Positions 42,010-51,860 of a DNA stretch of 64,000 nucleotides are shown here, piece after piece. Source of the DNA: an uncultured Acidobacteriota bacterium (lineage in GTDB: Bacteria; Acidobacteriota; Vicinamibacteria; Vicinamibacterales; 2-12-FULL-66-21); assembly GCA_963725145.1 (NCBI GenBank), contig CAVRXL010000010.1, forward strand, positions 410,693 through 474,692. Direction: 5' to 3'. Each line of letters opens with the position of its first letter. The stretch's first letter is position 1. The position numbers were made by a program, and so were the translations under genes. Under the pieces are notes generated by a model. It did not search any database, was not told the DNA's origin, and was given only the letters and a program-made list of their open reading frames with translations.

Positions 42010-42696
42010 TACCGCGCCACAGATCTCCTTCAGTCTCGCCAGGAGATCGCCATCAGCGGCACGAAAAGCGGCGCCGTCAATCACCAGCGGCGCTCCGATC
42101 ACGACCAGCGGCGCGCCGTGGGCAGGACACGCGATCGCCTGCTCGATCGACAGGCCGCCGACAGCCTGAACGGGAATCGACACGGCGGCGACGACGGCGT
42201 CGAGCTCGTCGAGCGGGCTGAGGCCGGCAACCATGTTCCTCTCGTCGTATCCGATGTGATGGACGATGAAGTCGACGCCGAGGCGCTCGAGCCACCGGGC
42301 GCACGCGACGCGATCGTCGGCGGCGAGATTGTCCCCCATCACCTTGATGCCGAAGTCGCGTCCCGCGTCCACGACGCGGCGGATCGTGGCTTCGTGCGCG
42401 CGGCCCATGACCACCACGAGGTCGGCGCCCGCTCGCGCCATCATCTCGGCCTCGAGGTAGCCGCCGTCCATGGTCTTCAGGTCGGCGACGATCGGATGGT
42501 CGGGAAAACGCGCGCGAAGCGCCTCTACCGCATGCAGCCCTTCGGCGAGCAGCAGCGGCGTGCCCGCCTCGAGCCAGTCCACGCCCGCTTCAACCCCGAT
42601 CGCGGCGGTCTCGAGCGCTTCGTCGAGCGACGTCAAGTCGAGCGAGAGCTGAACGATCGGATGCGTGAGCTCCCCGACGCGCCGTCCGCTTTTCAC
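41968..42696 (-). CDS. 3-hexulose-6-phosphate synthase / 3-keto-L-gulonate-6-phosphate decarboxylase family (OMP-decarboxylase-like) enzyme
   Basis: This is the C-terminal part of the artefactual 976-aa ORF 41968..44898. The GTG at 42696 overlaps the MFS stop (GTGA). The sequence reads ..IVQLSLDLTSLDEALETAAIGVEAGVDWLEAGTPLLLAEG..PIVADLKTMDGG..VVVMG..DFIVHHIG.. Confidence 0.75.
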   Translation of the reverse strand: MKSGRRVGELTHPIVQLSLDLTSLDEALETAAIGVEAGVDWLEAGTPLLLAEGLHAVEALRARFPDHPIVADLKTMDGGYLEAEMMARAGADLVVVMGRAHEATIRRVVDAGRDFGIKVMGDNLAADDRVACARWLERLGVDFIVHHIGYDERNMVAGLSPLDELDAVVAAVSIPVQAVGGLSIEQAIACPAHGAPLVVIGAPLVIDGAAFRAADGDLLARLKEICGAVKGDSHLFTKGVKR

Positions 42697-43898
42697 GGAC
42701 GTCCGCTCGCGGCGGAGCCTGGCAGCCTTTCGACCGCGTAGCCGCCTCGCCCCTTGTCGTAGAGATAGATGCCGCCAAAAATGGCGACGAGTGTCACCGG
42801 CAGGAGCGCCCAGTACGCCAGCACCCGGTCCGCGCCGTAGGTCTCGCTGATCCAGCCCATGATGGGCCCCGCGATCGCCGTCGAGAAGCTGCCGGTCGCG
42901 CCGATGATCGCCAGCAGCAGCGCCCCGCCGCGCGGGAACCGCTCGGATGTGATGCCGAGCATCGTCGGCCACCAGAACGCGACGCCGGCGGCGAAGAGCG
43001 TCGCGGCGCCGAAAGCGGCCGCGGTGCTGTTCGCGAGGCTGAACAGATAGAGCCCGACGGCCGCGGGGACCGCCGTCATCGCGATGAGGGCGATGGGCGA
43101 CATCGCATGGGCCGCGTTCGCGCCGAACTGCCGCAGGAGATACATGATGCCGTTGATCCAGACGACGACGAGGATCCCCGCCTGCGCCGAGCTGCCCATC
43201 ACGCGGTTGAAGATCGTCGGAATCCAGGCGCCCGGACCGAGCTCTGTCGCCGCGGTGATCCACATGGCGATCCAGATGATCAGGAACAGCGGCCGCCCGA
43301 TCTGTCCCACCATCTCGCCGAGCGGCACGCCGGCCGCCTTGCGTTCGGTTTCCGGGAAGCGCTGGCCGATCACCATGGCGGCGTAGATGACCGAGGGAAT
43401 CAGCAGCATCAGGGTCTTGGCCTGCCAGTTGAACCCGAGCTGCGTGAAGACGAACGCGAGGACGCCGCCGATCACGATCCCGCCGGGGAACCAGGCGTGG
43501 AGCGCGACGAGCCGCCGCGTCTTGTCCTCGGAGTAGATCGTCGCGACGAGCGGATTGATGGCCGCCTCCACCAGCCCGTTCGCGATCCCGACGATGACCG
43601 TCGACGCGAAGAACATCTCGAAGCTCGTCGAGAATACCGTCAGCAGCGCGCCGCCGATGTGACCCGCCGCCGCGAGGCGGAGGATCGTGCCCATCCCGAG
43701 GACGTCGCAGAGCGGCCCTCCGACGAGGATCGACAGCCCGAAGCCCCAGAAGGCCGCGCCCAGAATCCACCCGACCTGGACGTCGTCGAGCGTGAGGAGG
43801 CGCTGGACGTCGCCCATGATGTCGCCCCGGATGGCAAACGACATGGCGGTGGCGATGAGGGAAATGCAGCTGGCGAGGAAGAGGCGTTGTCTGTTCAC
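42693..43898 (-). CDS. MFS transporter (sugar / sugar-acid type likely)
   Basis: Within ORF 42693..43928, whose start is a TTG. The GTG at 43898 gives (M)[28 protein letters not shown]... About 12 hydrophobic segments run throughout. Confidence 0.8.
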   Translation of the reverse strand: MNRQRLFLASCISLIATAMSFAIRGDIMGDVQRLLTLDDVQVGWILGAAFWGFGLSILVGGPLCDVLGMGTILRLAAAGHIGGALLTVFSTSFEMFFASTVIVGIANGLVEAAINPLVATIYSEDKTRRLVALHAWFPGGIVIGGVLAFVFTQLGFNWQAKTLMLLIPSVIYAAMVIGQRFPETERKAAGVPLGEMVGQIGRPLFLIIWIAMWITAATELGPGAWIPTIFNRVMGSSAQAGILVVVWINGIMYLLRQFGANAAHAMSPIALIAMTAVPAAVGLYLFSLANSTAAAFGAATLFAAGVAFWWPTMLGITSERFPRGGALLLAIIGATGSFSTAIAGPIMGWISETYGADRVLAYWALLPVTLVAIFGGIYLYDKGRGGYAVERLPGSAASGRP

Positions 43899-43920
43899 GG
43901 GTGACGATAATATACGAGCC

Positions 43921-45552
43921 GTGCCCAAGCCAGCCCCGGCGCCGCCTTACCGCGACGTCACCGTCGGCGGGCTGTTGACCCGGCTCGCCGAGGCGGTGCC
44001 GGACAACGAAGCGCTCGTGTATGGCGACCGCGGCCTGCGATGGACCTTCGCACGTCTGGACGCCGAGGCGCGCGAGATCGGCCGGGGCCTGCTGGCGCTC
44101 GGCGTCAAACCGGGTGAGCGCGTCGCGGTCTGGGCGACCAACGTTCCCGAATGGGTGGTGCTGCAATTCGCGCTGGCCAAGATCGGCGCGATTCTCGTCA
44201 CGGTCAACACGGCGCTCCGCGGGCAGGAGATCGACTACCTGCTCCGCCAGAGCGGCACCGCCACGCTCGTCACGATCCGCGGCTTCAGGGACGTCGACTA
44301 CATCCAGGTGCTGCGCGACGTCGGCGCGCTCGGCGGCGGCTACGCGGCGCTCGAGCGCATCATCTTCGTCGGCGCCGATCCCCCGTCCGGAACGATCCCG
44401 TACGACGAGCTGCACGCGCAGGCGCGCCGGATCTCCGAGGACCGGCTCGCCGACCGCGAGCGCGACGTGACGCTGGATACCGTGATCAACATGCAGTACA
44501 CGTCGGGCACGACCGGGTTTCCCAAAGGCGTCCGCCTCTCCAGCCGGAACATCGTCAACAACGGCTACTGGCTCGGCCAAGGGCTCGGCTTCACGCCGCA
44601 CGATCGACTGTGCCTGTGCGTCCCGCTCTTTCACTGCTTTGGCTGCGTGATCGGCGTGCTGGGCTCGTACACACACGGCGCCTGCCTCTGCCCGATCGAG
44701 TTCTTCGAGCCGCGGAAGGTTCTGGAGACCGTCGCGCGCGAGCGCTGCACGGCGCTCTATGGCGTGCCGACGATGTACCTCGCCCAACTGGAGCACCCGG
44801 ATTTCCCGCGCTTCGACCTTTCGTCGCTGCGGACGGGGATCATGGCGGGCTCGCTGTGCCCGGAGGCGCTGATGCGGCGGGTCATCGCCGACATGCACCT
44901 TCCGGAGATGACGATCGCCTACGGCCTGACCGAGGCATCTCCCGGCATCACCCAGACGTCACGAGATGACTCGCTCGAGCACCGGACGCAAACGGTCGGC
45001 CGCGTCCTGCCAGAGATGGACGTGAAAATCGTCGATCCCGGCAGCGGCGCGCCGGTCTCCACGGGCGAGCCGGGTGAGCTCTGCGTGCGCGGCTACAACG
45101 TCATGGAGGGCTATCACGACAACGACGCCGCCACGCGGGCGGCGATCGACGCGGACGGCTGGCTTCGCACCGGCGACCAGGCGACGCTGGACGACGAGGG
45201 ATACCTGCGCATCACCGGACGAATCAAAGATCTCATCATCCGCGGCGGGGAGAACATCGCGCCGAAGGAGATCGAGGATCTGCTCCGCGAGCATCCGGCG
45301 GTCGCCGACGCGTACGTCTACGGCGTCGCGAGCGACTGGTTCGGCGAAGAGGTCGCCGCGGCCGTTCGCCTGAAGCCCGGGACGCCGGCCGCGGCCGAAG
45401 CGCTCGCGTCGTTCTGTGAAAGCCGGCTCGCGCGCTTCAAGGTGCCCCGATTCATCCGCTTCGTGGACGACTTCCCGATGACGGCGTCAGGGAAGATTCA
45501 GAAGTACAAGCTCCGCGAGATGCACGAGAGAGAGCTTCAACGGGTGCACTAA
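43921..45552 (+). CDS. AMP-dependent acyl-CoA synthetase/ligase
   Basis: The GTG at 43921 lies inside ORF 43687..45552, whose upstream part overlaps the MFS gene. Motifs are [17 protein letters not shown] (AMP-binding motif), YGLTEASPG and [30 protein letters not shown]. Confidence 0.9.
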   Translation: MPKPAPAPPYRDVTVGGLLTRLAEAVPDNEALVYGDRGLRWTFARLDAEAREIGRGLLALGVKPGERVAVWATNVPEWVVLQFALAKIGAILVTVNTALRGQEIDYLLRQSGTATLVTIRGFRDVDYIQVLRDVGALGGGYAALERIIFVGADPPSGTIPYDELHAQARRISEDRLADRERDVTLDTVINMQYTSGTTGFPKGVRLSSRNIVNNGYWLGQGLGFTPHDRLCLCVPLFHCFGCVIGVLGSYTHGACLCPIEFFEPRKVLETVARERCTALYGVPTMYLAQLEHPDFPRFDLSSLRTGIMAGSLCPEALMRRVIADMHLPEMTIAYGLTEASPGITQTSRDDSLEHRTQTVGRVLPEMDVKIVDPGSGAPVSTGEPGELCVRGYNVMEGYHDNDAATRAAIDADGWLRTGDQATLDDEGYLRITGRIKDLIIRGGENIAPKEIEDLLREHPAVADAYVYGVASDWFGEEVAAAVRLKPGTPAAAEALASFCESRLARFKVPRFIRFVDDFPMTASGKIQKYKLREMHERELQRVH

Positions 45553-45682
45553 GGTGCCCTTGGTGCACTGGGTGCCCTCTGGTGCGAGTGCACCGGGTGC
45601 TGAGTGCGAGTGCACCTGCACCCAGGGCACCTCGGGCACCCCCGTGCACCTGGTGCACCTTGTAATCATCCCGGGTGCACCC
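45543..45682. repeat. Array of the palindromic hexamer GTGCAC with flanking GTGCCC / GGGCAC variants between convergent genes
   Basis: Seven exact GTGCAC copies lie at 45544, 45563, 45588, 45610, 45644, 45653 and 45675. GTGCCC occurs twice in the left half and its complement GGGCAC twice in the right half. The outermost copies encode the terminal Val-His of both convergent genes (..RVH* and ..PWVHPG*). Confidence 0.9.
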
Positions 45683-47002
45683 ACGGCCCGCGATAGGGAC
45701 GGCGCAGCAGCCGATTCGCTTCCTCATCCCCAACGATGAGGCCGCGCGCGTGGTCCCACGCGAGCGAGCGGCCGAGGCGCATGGACAGATTCGCGAGAAT
45801 GCAGGCGGTTGTGGAGATATATCCCTGCTCGATGTCGGCGACCGGCGTCCGGCGGGTTGAGATGCACTCGAGGAAGTCCCGCATGTGCGCGCGGATCGCG
45901 GGCGCGACGTGCCGCTCCAGGTCCTTCTCGGTGCGGTCCTCCGGAAACTGATCGAGCTCGTAGGTGACGTCCTCGTGGATGGGCGACTCGTCTTTCGACG
46001 AGGAAACGAAGTCGTAGCTCATGACGCTCGCCTTGAGCGTCCCCTTGTCGCCGTAAAACGTGGCGCCCCACGGATACTTCGGATCGGGCGGATCGCCGTA
46101 CGTGCGGTGCGTCCACACGACCTGCAGTGAGCCGAAATCGAACGTCGCCGTCTGCGTGTCGGAGATGTTCGCCTTGCTGGCCTTGTCGACGAGGATGCCG
46201 CCCGACGACGTGACGCGCGCCGGCATGCCGAGGTCCAGCATCCAGCGGACCATGTCGAGCATGTGGACGCACATGTCGCCGACGATGCCGTTGCCGTACT
46301 CCATGAACGCGCGCCAGCGCCGCGGGTGCACCAGCGCGTTGTAGGGCCGCATCGGCGCCGGCCCCGTCCACATGTCGTAGTCGAGGTACTCGGGCGGGCT
46401 CGCGTCGGGCGGATTCTCGCGCGCCCGCATGTGGTAGTAGCAGTAAATCTCCACCAGGCCGATCGTCCCCAGACGCCCCTCGCGAATCACGCGGTCGCGC
46501 GCGCGGACCAGGTGCGGCGTGCTGCGGCGCTGCGTCCCGACCTGGACGACGCGCTTGTGCTTGCGCGCGGCGGCGAGCATCGCCTGTCCTTCGATGACGT
46601 CGACGCTGATCGGCTTCTGGAGATAGACGTCCGCGCCGGACTCGAGCGCCGCGATCGTCGGCAGCGCGTGCCAGTGATCGGGCGTGACGACGAGGACGAT
46701 GTCGAGGTCGCGCTCGGCGAGCATCTTGCGGTAGTCGGTGTACGTGCGCGGCGTCTTTTTCGATGCCTGGCGCGCGGCGACCTGCTGCGCCGCATCCGCG
46801 AGCATCCGGCTGTCGACATCGCAGAGCGAGACGACCTCGACCGGCGCGACCTGAATCAGGCGGAACAGATCGGTCTTGCCGTACCAGCCGCTGCCGATGA
46901 GGCCGACACGTTTGCGGGGTCGCCGAGTTGCGCTGCGTAGGCCGGGATCCCGGCCGCTGCAAATGCAGCAGCGCTCCGCTTGAGAAAGTCGCGACGATGC
47001 AT
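45666..47002 (-). CDS. Gfo/Idh/MocA-family oxidoreductase with a Tat signal. The frame is broken once (~46916-46919, a GGGG run).
   Basis: The ATG at 47002 gives MHRRDFLKRSAAAFAAAGIPAYAAQLGDP. After a 1-nt shift the sequence continues RKRVGLIGSGWYGKTDLFRLIQVAPVEVVSLCDVDSRMLADAAQQ.., which is the frame of ORF 45666..46805. The LQKPIS block is present. Confidence 0.85.
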
Positions 47003-47035
47003 GACATCAACTCCGGCGCAAAGCAAAACATTAAA

Positions 47036-47237
47036 CGCAGAGTGCGCAGAGAACGCGGAGGTGTCGGCCGCGCGCCTGCGGCGCGTCGGCGACGCGACAA
47101 GACCCGGATACACGAGCCTCGGAGCTACGGTGGGCTCGTGCATCCGGACCTTGTCGCGCCGCCGTAGGCCCGACCGTAGGTCGGGCCCGGCCGACACTCG
47201 CTGTCTCTGCGTCCTCTGCGTCCTCTGCGTCCTCTGC
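47036..47237. repeat. CGCAGAG copies (47036-47060) facing a 4-unit 9-bp tandem repeat of TCCTCTGCG (47202-47237), with a GC hairpin between them
   Basis: CGCAGAG lies at 47036 and 47045, and CGCGGAG at 47054. The tandem repeat is GTCTCTGCG followed by TCCTCTGCG x3 at 47202-47237. The hairpin GGCCCGAC-CGTAG-GTCGGGCC lies at 47166-47186. ATCCGT x2 follows at about 47249-47263. Confidence 0.85.
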
Positions 47238-47267
47238 GTTTCAACCGTGATCCGTTGAATCCGTTCA

Positions 47268-48345
47268 TCAACTCCAGGCTTTCTGCAAAAACCGAACGAA
47301 ATTGCCGTGCGCGATCCCCTCGACGTCCTGGCCGCTGTACCCGCGCGCCGCGAGCACCGCGGGCAGGCGGGAGAGGTCGGCGATCGTGTGAATATCGGAC
47401 GGACACTGCTCCCGTCCGAACGCTCCGTCCAGATCGGATCCGATCCCGCAGTGCCGCGCGTTGCCGGCGATCTGGCAGATGTGGTCGATGTGATCGACGA
47501 CGGTCTCGAGCGTCACGCCGGCGCGCTCGGGCGTCGTCTCGCCGCGCACCCAGCCGGGCACCAGCATCCACGCGTCGAACGCCAGGCCGATGACGGCGTC
47601 CCGCTCGATGAGCTCGCGAATCTGATCGTCGGAGAACTGACGCCCGTCCGGCACGAGCGACCGGCAGTTGGTGTGGCTCGCCCACACGTGGCCGCTGGAA
47701 ATGATCCAGCGCCTCGCGAAAGCTGTCGTCGCAGAGGTGCGTGACGTCGAGGATGATGCCGAGCCGTTCCATCTCGCGGAGCAGCTCGCGGCCGCGCGTG
47801 CCCAGGTCGCCGCTCGCGTGGGTGCCCTGCGCGTAGACGCCCGGCCCGTAGTGCGCCGGGCCGACGGCGCGAAGTCCGTACGCGTAGGCCCGCTCCAGGT
47901 GCGGCAGGGTCACTATCGAGTCGGCGCCTTCGAGGCTCAGCACGTACCCGATCGGCATCCTGTCGGTGGAGGCGCCTTGCCACCGCGAGAGATGGCCGTC
48001 CAGCCCGGCGCGATCGCGAATCTGCACGAGCTCCCCGCGATCCTCCATGGCGCGATACCACGCGAGCTGCGCCTGGGTCATCGCCCACGCCTGCTCGGGC
48101 GAGTGCCAGCCCGGCAGCCGGTTGTCCGGCGCCACGTACCGGGCGATCTGCGTGCCGACGCAGAGACCGACGCCGCCGCGGCGCATCTCGGGAAACGACA
48201 CGGTGCCGCGCCCACGATCGGGCCTGTCGGTCAGGTGGCGCTCGCGCGCGCGGATCTCGTCGATCGGCCGCGACAGGTCGCGGTTCCACTCGAGCGCGTT
48301 CATCGCCAGGTCAAGGTGCGCGTCCAGGATCAGCATGTCCGACAT
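47268..48345 (-). CDS. Membrane dipeptidase (peptidase family M19). The frame is broken once (~47695-47700).
   Basis: The ATG at 48345 gives MSDMLILDAHLDLAMNALEW... ORF 47125..48372 carries the N-terminal two thirds (..ILDVTHLCDDSFREALDHF). ORF 47268..47687 carries the rest (VWASHTNCRSL..IGLAFDAWML..VDHIDHICQIAGNARHCGIGSDLDG..). Confidence 0.85.
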
Positions 48346-48444
48346 TATTTTCTTGCGCTCGCGGGGCCCCACCCCCGCTCGCTCTCGCTCGCGGGCCCGG
48401 CTTCGCCGGGCTGCCCTCCGGCCGCTCGCTCGGGCCGCAGGCGC

Positions 48445-49791
48445 TCAGCCCGTCACCAATCCGAGAAGCAGCACGCCGGCCAGGCCGGCCACGGCGATGA
48501 TCGTCTCCATCAGCGTCCAGGTCGCCACCGTCTGCGGGACGCTCATGTTGAGATACTCCTTCACCAGCCAGAACCCTCCGTCGTTCACGTGCGACGCGAT
48601 GAGCGAGCCCGCGCCGATCGCGACCACCAGCAAGTCCTTGTTTAGGTCCGGCAGCGCAAACGCGATAGGCGACATGATACCGGCGGCGGTCACCACCGCG
48701 ACGGTGGCCGAGCCGACCGACAGGCGAAGCAGCGATGCGATCACCCACCCGAGCACGAGCGGCGAGAGCTGGAGCCCTCCCATCGCGTTCGCGATCGCGG
48801 TATCGACCCCGGCGGCATCCAGTACCCTCCCGAACCCGCCACCGGCGCCGACCACGAGCAGCACGCTCGCGATCGGCGGGAGCGCCTCCTCCGCAAAGCG
48901 CAGCAGACGCGCGCGGTCGAACCCGCAGGCCCGGCCGAAGGTGTACAGCGAGAGGAGCGTCGCGACGAGCATCGCGACGAGCGGGCTTCCCGCGAATCCG
49001 AGCCACTGGCGTACGACGCCGTTGGGCAGCGTAGCCTGCGCCAGCGCCGCGACCAGCATCAGGAGCACCGGCAGCAGGATCGTGAGCAGCGTGACCGCCA
49101 ACGAGGGCGCTCGCGCCCCGGTCCCGGTTCCGGTGAGCTGCTCGGCCATCGCGCCGGCGTCGACCCGCACGCGCCGGCTGATGAAGCGGCCGAAGAGCGG
49201 CCCCGCGATCACGGCGACCGGAAGGCTGACGATCAACGAATAGAACAGCGTACGACCCGTATCCGCACCGAGCAGCTCGATGGCGGCGAGCGGTCCGGGA
49301 TGCGGCGGGACGAGGCCGTGGGCGACAGACAGACCCGCAACCATGGGAATTCCGAGACGGATCAGCGAACCGGGTCTCGTTCGCGCCAGCGTGAACAGCA
49401 CCGGCGCGAGCAGGACGAGGCCCACTTGAAAGAACACCGGCAGCCCGATGATGAGCCCGGACAGCATCATGGCCCAGTCGAGCCTTCGTTCGCCGAGGGC
49501 GCGCGCGAGCGCCCCGGACACGACGACCGCGCCGCCCGACTCCGCGAGGAGCTTGCCGATGATCGTGCCGAGCCCGATCACCACGGCGATGAATCCCAGA
49601 GTGTCTCCCACGCCCTGCTGAAACGCGCGCGGGATGTCCGCCAGCGGCATGCGCGCGGCCAACCCCACGAAGAACGCCCCCGCCGCCAGCGCGACGAACG
49701 CCGGAATCTTGAGCCATGTGATCAGGAAGACGACGAGCGCGACGCCGAGGAAGCAGACGAGCAGGAGGGTGGTGGGATCCGCGGCGGGCAA
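48445..49791 (-). CDS. GntP-family (gluconate:H+ symporter type) permease
   Basis: 448-aa ORF with a TTG start as called by the ORF track. The sequence is ..LLLVCFLGVALVVFLITWLKIPAFVALAAGAFFVGLAARMPLADIPRAFQQGVGDTLGFIAVVIGLGTIIGKLLAESGGA.. and continues hydrophobic throughout. Confidence 0.85.
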   Translation of the reverse strand: MPAADPTTLLLVCFLGVALVVFLITWLKIPAFVALAAGAFFVGLAARMPLADIPRAFQQGVGDTLGFIAVVIGLGTIIGKLLAESGGAVVVSGALARALGERRLDWAMMLSGLIIGLPVFFQVGLVLLAPVLFTLARTRPGSLIRLGIPMVAGLSVAHGLVPPHPGPLAAIELLGADTGRTLFYSLIVSLPVAVIAGPLFGRFISRRVRVDAGAMAEQLTGTGTGARAPSLAVTLLTILLPVLLMLVAALAQATLPNGVVRQWLGFAGSPLVAMLVATLLSLYTFGRACGFDRARLLRFAEEALPPIASVLLVVGAGGGFGRVLDAAGVDTAIANAMGGLQLSPLVLGWVIASLLRLSVGSATVAVVTAAGIMSPIAFALPDLNKDLLVVAIGAGSLIASHVNDGGFWLVKEYLNMSVPQTVATWTLMETIIAVAGLAGVLLLGLVTG

Positions 49792-49853
49792 AGTGGTGAA
49801 AGCTTAACCTGACAGGGACCTATCGCATAAAATGCGTGCCGTCTCCATATCGC

Positions 49854-50849
49854 ATGCATCGAACAATCACGGGCCTGTTGACGTTCGCACTCGCCACCTC
49901 CGGCACCGCCGCGTGCTCAATCAAGAAAATGGCGATCAACCGCCTGGCCGATACGCTCGCGGCGAGCGGCGACACCTTTTCTTCCGACGAAGACCCCGAC
50001 CTCATTCGCGACGCGGTGCCCTTCTCGCTGAAGACGATAGAGTCCCTCCTCGCCGAAGTCCCTGAACACAAAGGCTTGCTGTTGACCGCGTGCAGTGGCT
50101 TTACGCAGTATGCCTACGCGTTTGTCCAGACCGACGCGGAACTCATCGAGCCCAAGGACTTCGAGGCGTCGGTCGCCGGACGCGAACGGGCCCTCAAGAT
50201 GTATCAGCGGGCGCTTGGCTATTGCCTGCGTCGCGTCGAGCTCACCCACAAAGGATTTCGCGCGGCGGTCGAGAAAGATCCGACAGGGACGATGAAGGCG
50301 TTCTCGAAGGAGGAAGTGCCGGTACTCTATTGGACCGGCGCGACCTGGGGCGCCCTCGTCTCGGCGGGATCCGAAAAGCCGGAGTTGCTCAATCAGCTAC
50401 CCATCGTTCGCGCCATCATGGACCGCGCGCTCGAGCTCGACGAGGCCTACGAGCTCGGCTCCATCCACGACGTCCTGATCTCGCTCGACTCGCTGCCCGA
50501 GGCGATGGGCGGGTCCGTCAAGAACGCTCGCCTCCACTACGCCCGTTCGGTGGAGCTGTCGAAGGGGGAATCGGCGAGTCCCCACGTGTCACTGGCGTCG
50601 GGCATCAGCGTTGCGGAGCAGAATCGCAAGGAATTCGAAGAGCTCCTCGCGAAGGCGCTGGCCATCGACGTCAACCAGGTGCCCCGCCTCCGGCTGTCGA
50701 ACGTCATCTATCAACGGAAGGCGCGTGCGCTCCTGGCGCGCGCCGACGATCTGTTCACGCCAGACAAGTCTCCGGAGCCACCGGGCGCGGTGGTCGGATT
50801 GACCGGACTCCACTCGCTGGCATATCGGGGGTTGGGAGTAGCGCGATGA
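49854..50849 (+). CDS. TRAP-transporter TatT-component family lipoprotein (TPR-like)
   Basis: The ATG at 49854 gives MHRTITGLLTFALATSGTAAC (lipobox-like). The block ..INRLADTLAASGDTFSSDEDPDLIRDAVPFSLKTIESLLAEVPEHKGLLLTACSGFTQYAYAFV.. matches the TatT pattern. The stop overlaps the next start (ATGA). Confidence 0.75.
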   Translation: MHRTITGLLTFALATSGTAACSIKKMAINRLADTLAASGDTFSSDEDPDLIRDAVPFSLKTIESLLAEVPEHKGLLLTACSGFTQYAYAFVQTDAELIEPKDFEASVAGRERALKMYQRALGYCLRRVELTHKGFRAAVEKDPTGTMKAFSKEEVPVLYWTGATWGALVSAGSEKPELLNQLPIVRAIMDRALELDEAYELGSIHDVLISLDSLPEAMGGSVKNARLHYARSVELSKGESASPHVSLASGISVAEQNRKEFEELLAKALAIDVNQVPRLRLSNVIYQRKARALLARADDLFTPDKSPEPPGAVVGLTGLHSLAYRGLGVAR

Positions 50850-51860
50850 GAGTGTTGGCCTCGCTGGTGGCAATCGGACTTCTGGCTGCGGGATATCCGC
50901 ACGCGCAAGGCGTGACGCAGGTCCGTCTCGGCACCGTGATTCCGGCCGGTACGATCTGGAACACCATCCTCAAAGAACAGGCCTCGGAATGGGGGCGGCT
51001 GACGGGCGGCCGCGTGCGCCTCACGGTGATGGCCGGAACGCAGGGCGACGAGGACGCCATCATCCGCAAGATGCGGACGTCCGGACAATTGCAGGCCGCC
51101 TCGCTCTCGGCCGTCAGCCTGGCGATGTGCGATCGATCAGTCCTTCAACGTGTTCTTCATCCCGATGTTCTTCCAGGACTACGCCGAGCTCGACCACGTC
51201 ATGGGCAAGCTCGAGCCGATGATCACCCAGCGGCTCGCCGACAAGGGCTTCGTCTTCATCAACTGGGGCAGCGGCGGGTGGGTTCAGGTCTTCAGCAAGA
51301 AGCCGGCGAAGAATCTGCGGGACCTGAAGAGCATGAAGCTCTTCACCTCCGCGGGTGACGACGTGACCGTGCAATGGTACAAGGACAACGGGTTCCAGCC
51401 GGTGCCGCTGTCGTCGGCAGACATGTTGTCGTCGCTGACGACCGGCATGATTGAGGCCGTCCCGGTGACGCCGCTCTCGGCGCTCTCGTTCCAGTGGTAC
51501 AAGTACACGCCGTACATGCTCGACGTCGGCATCTCGCCGCTCGTCGGCGCGACGATTGTCAACAAGAAGACGTGGGAGGCGATCAGCGAGGCCGACCGTG
51601 CGCTGCTGACGGCAGCCGCCCGCAAGACCGAGGCGCGTTTCCGCACCGAAGTCCCCCGCACCGACGCCGAGTCGATTGCCGTGATGCAGAAGAGTGGCAT
51701 GACCGTCGTCAAGGCGGACGCGGCCGCGCTGGCAGAGTTCCGGACGGTTGCTGACGGCTTCACCAAAACGATGCGCGACGACCTGATACCGCGCGATGTC
51801 TTCGAGCTCGCGGTGCGCGAGCGCGATGCCTATCGGAAGGCGCGGCCGATCGCCAAGTGA
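50846..51860 (+). CDS. TRAP-transporter DctP-type solute-binding protein. The frame is broken once (~51126-51131).
   Basis: The ATG at 50846 gives MRVLASLVAIGLLAAGYPHAQGVTQVRLGTVIPAGTIWNTILKEQ..QAASLSAVSLA. The sequence continues in ORF 51150..51860 (IDQSFNVFFIPMFFQDYAELDHVMGKLEP..). Confidence 0.8.

Noticed and set aside
42697-44898. Upper three quarters of the 976-aa minus-strand ORF 41968..44898
   Set aside because: It overlaps the MFS gene in another frame and runs antisense to the acyl-CoA ligase gene, with Arg/Asp/His-rich junk. Only 41968..42696 (HPS/KGPDC-like) looks real.
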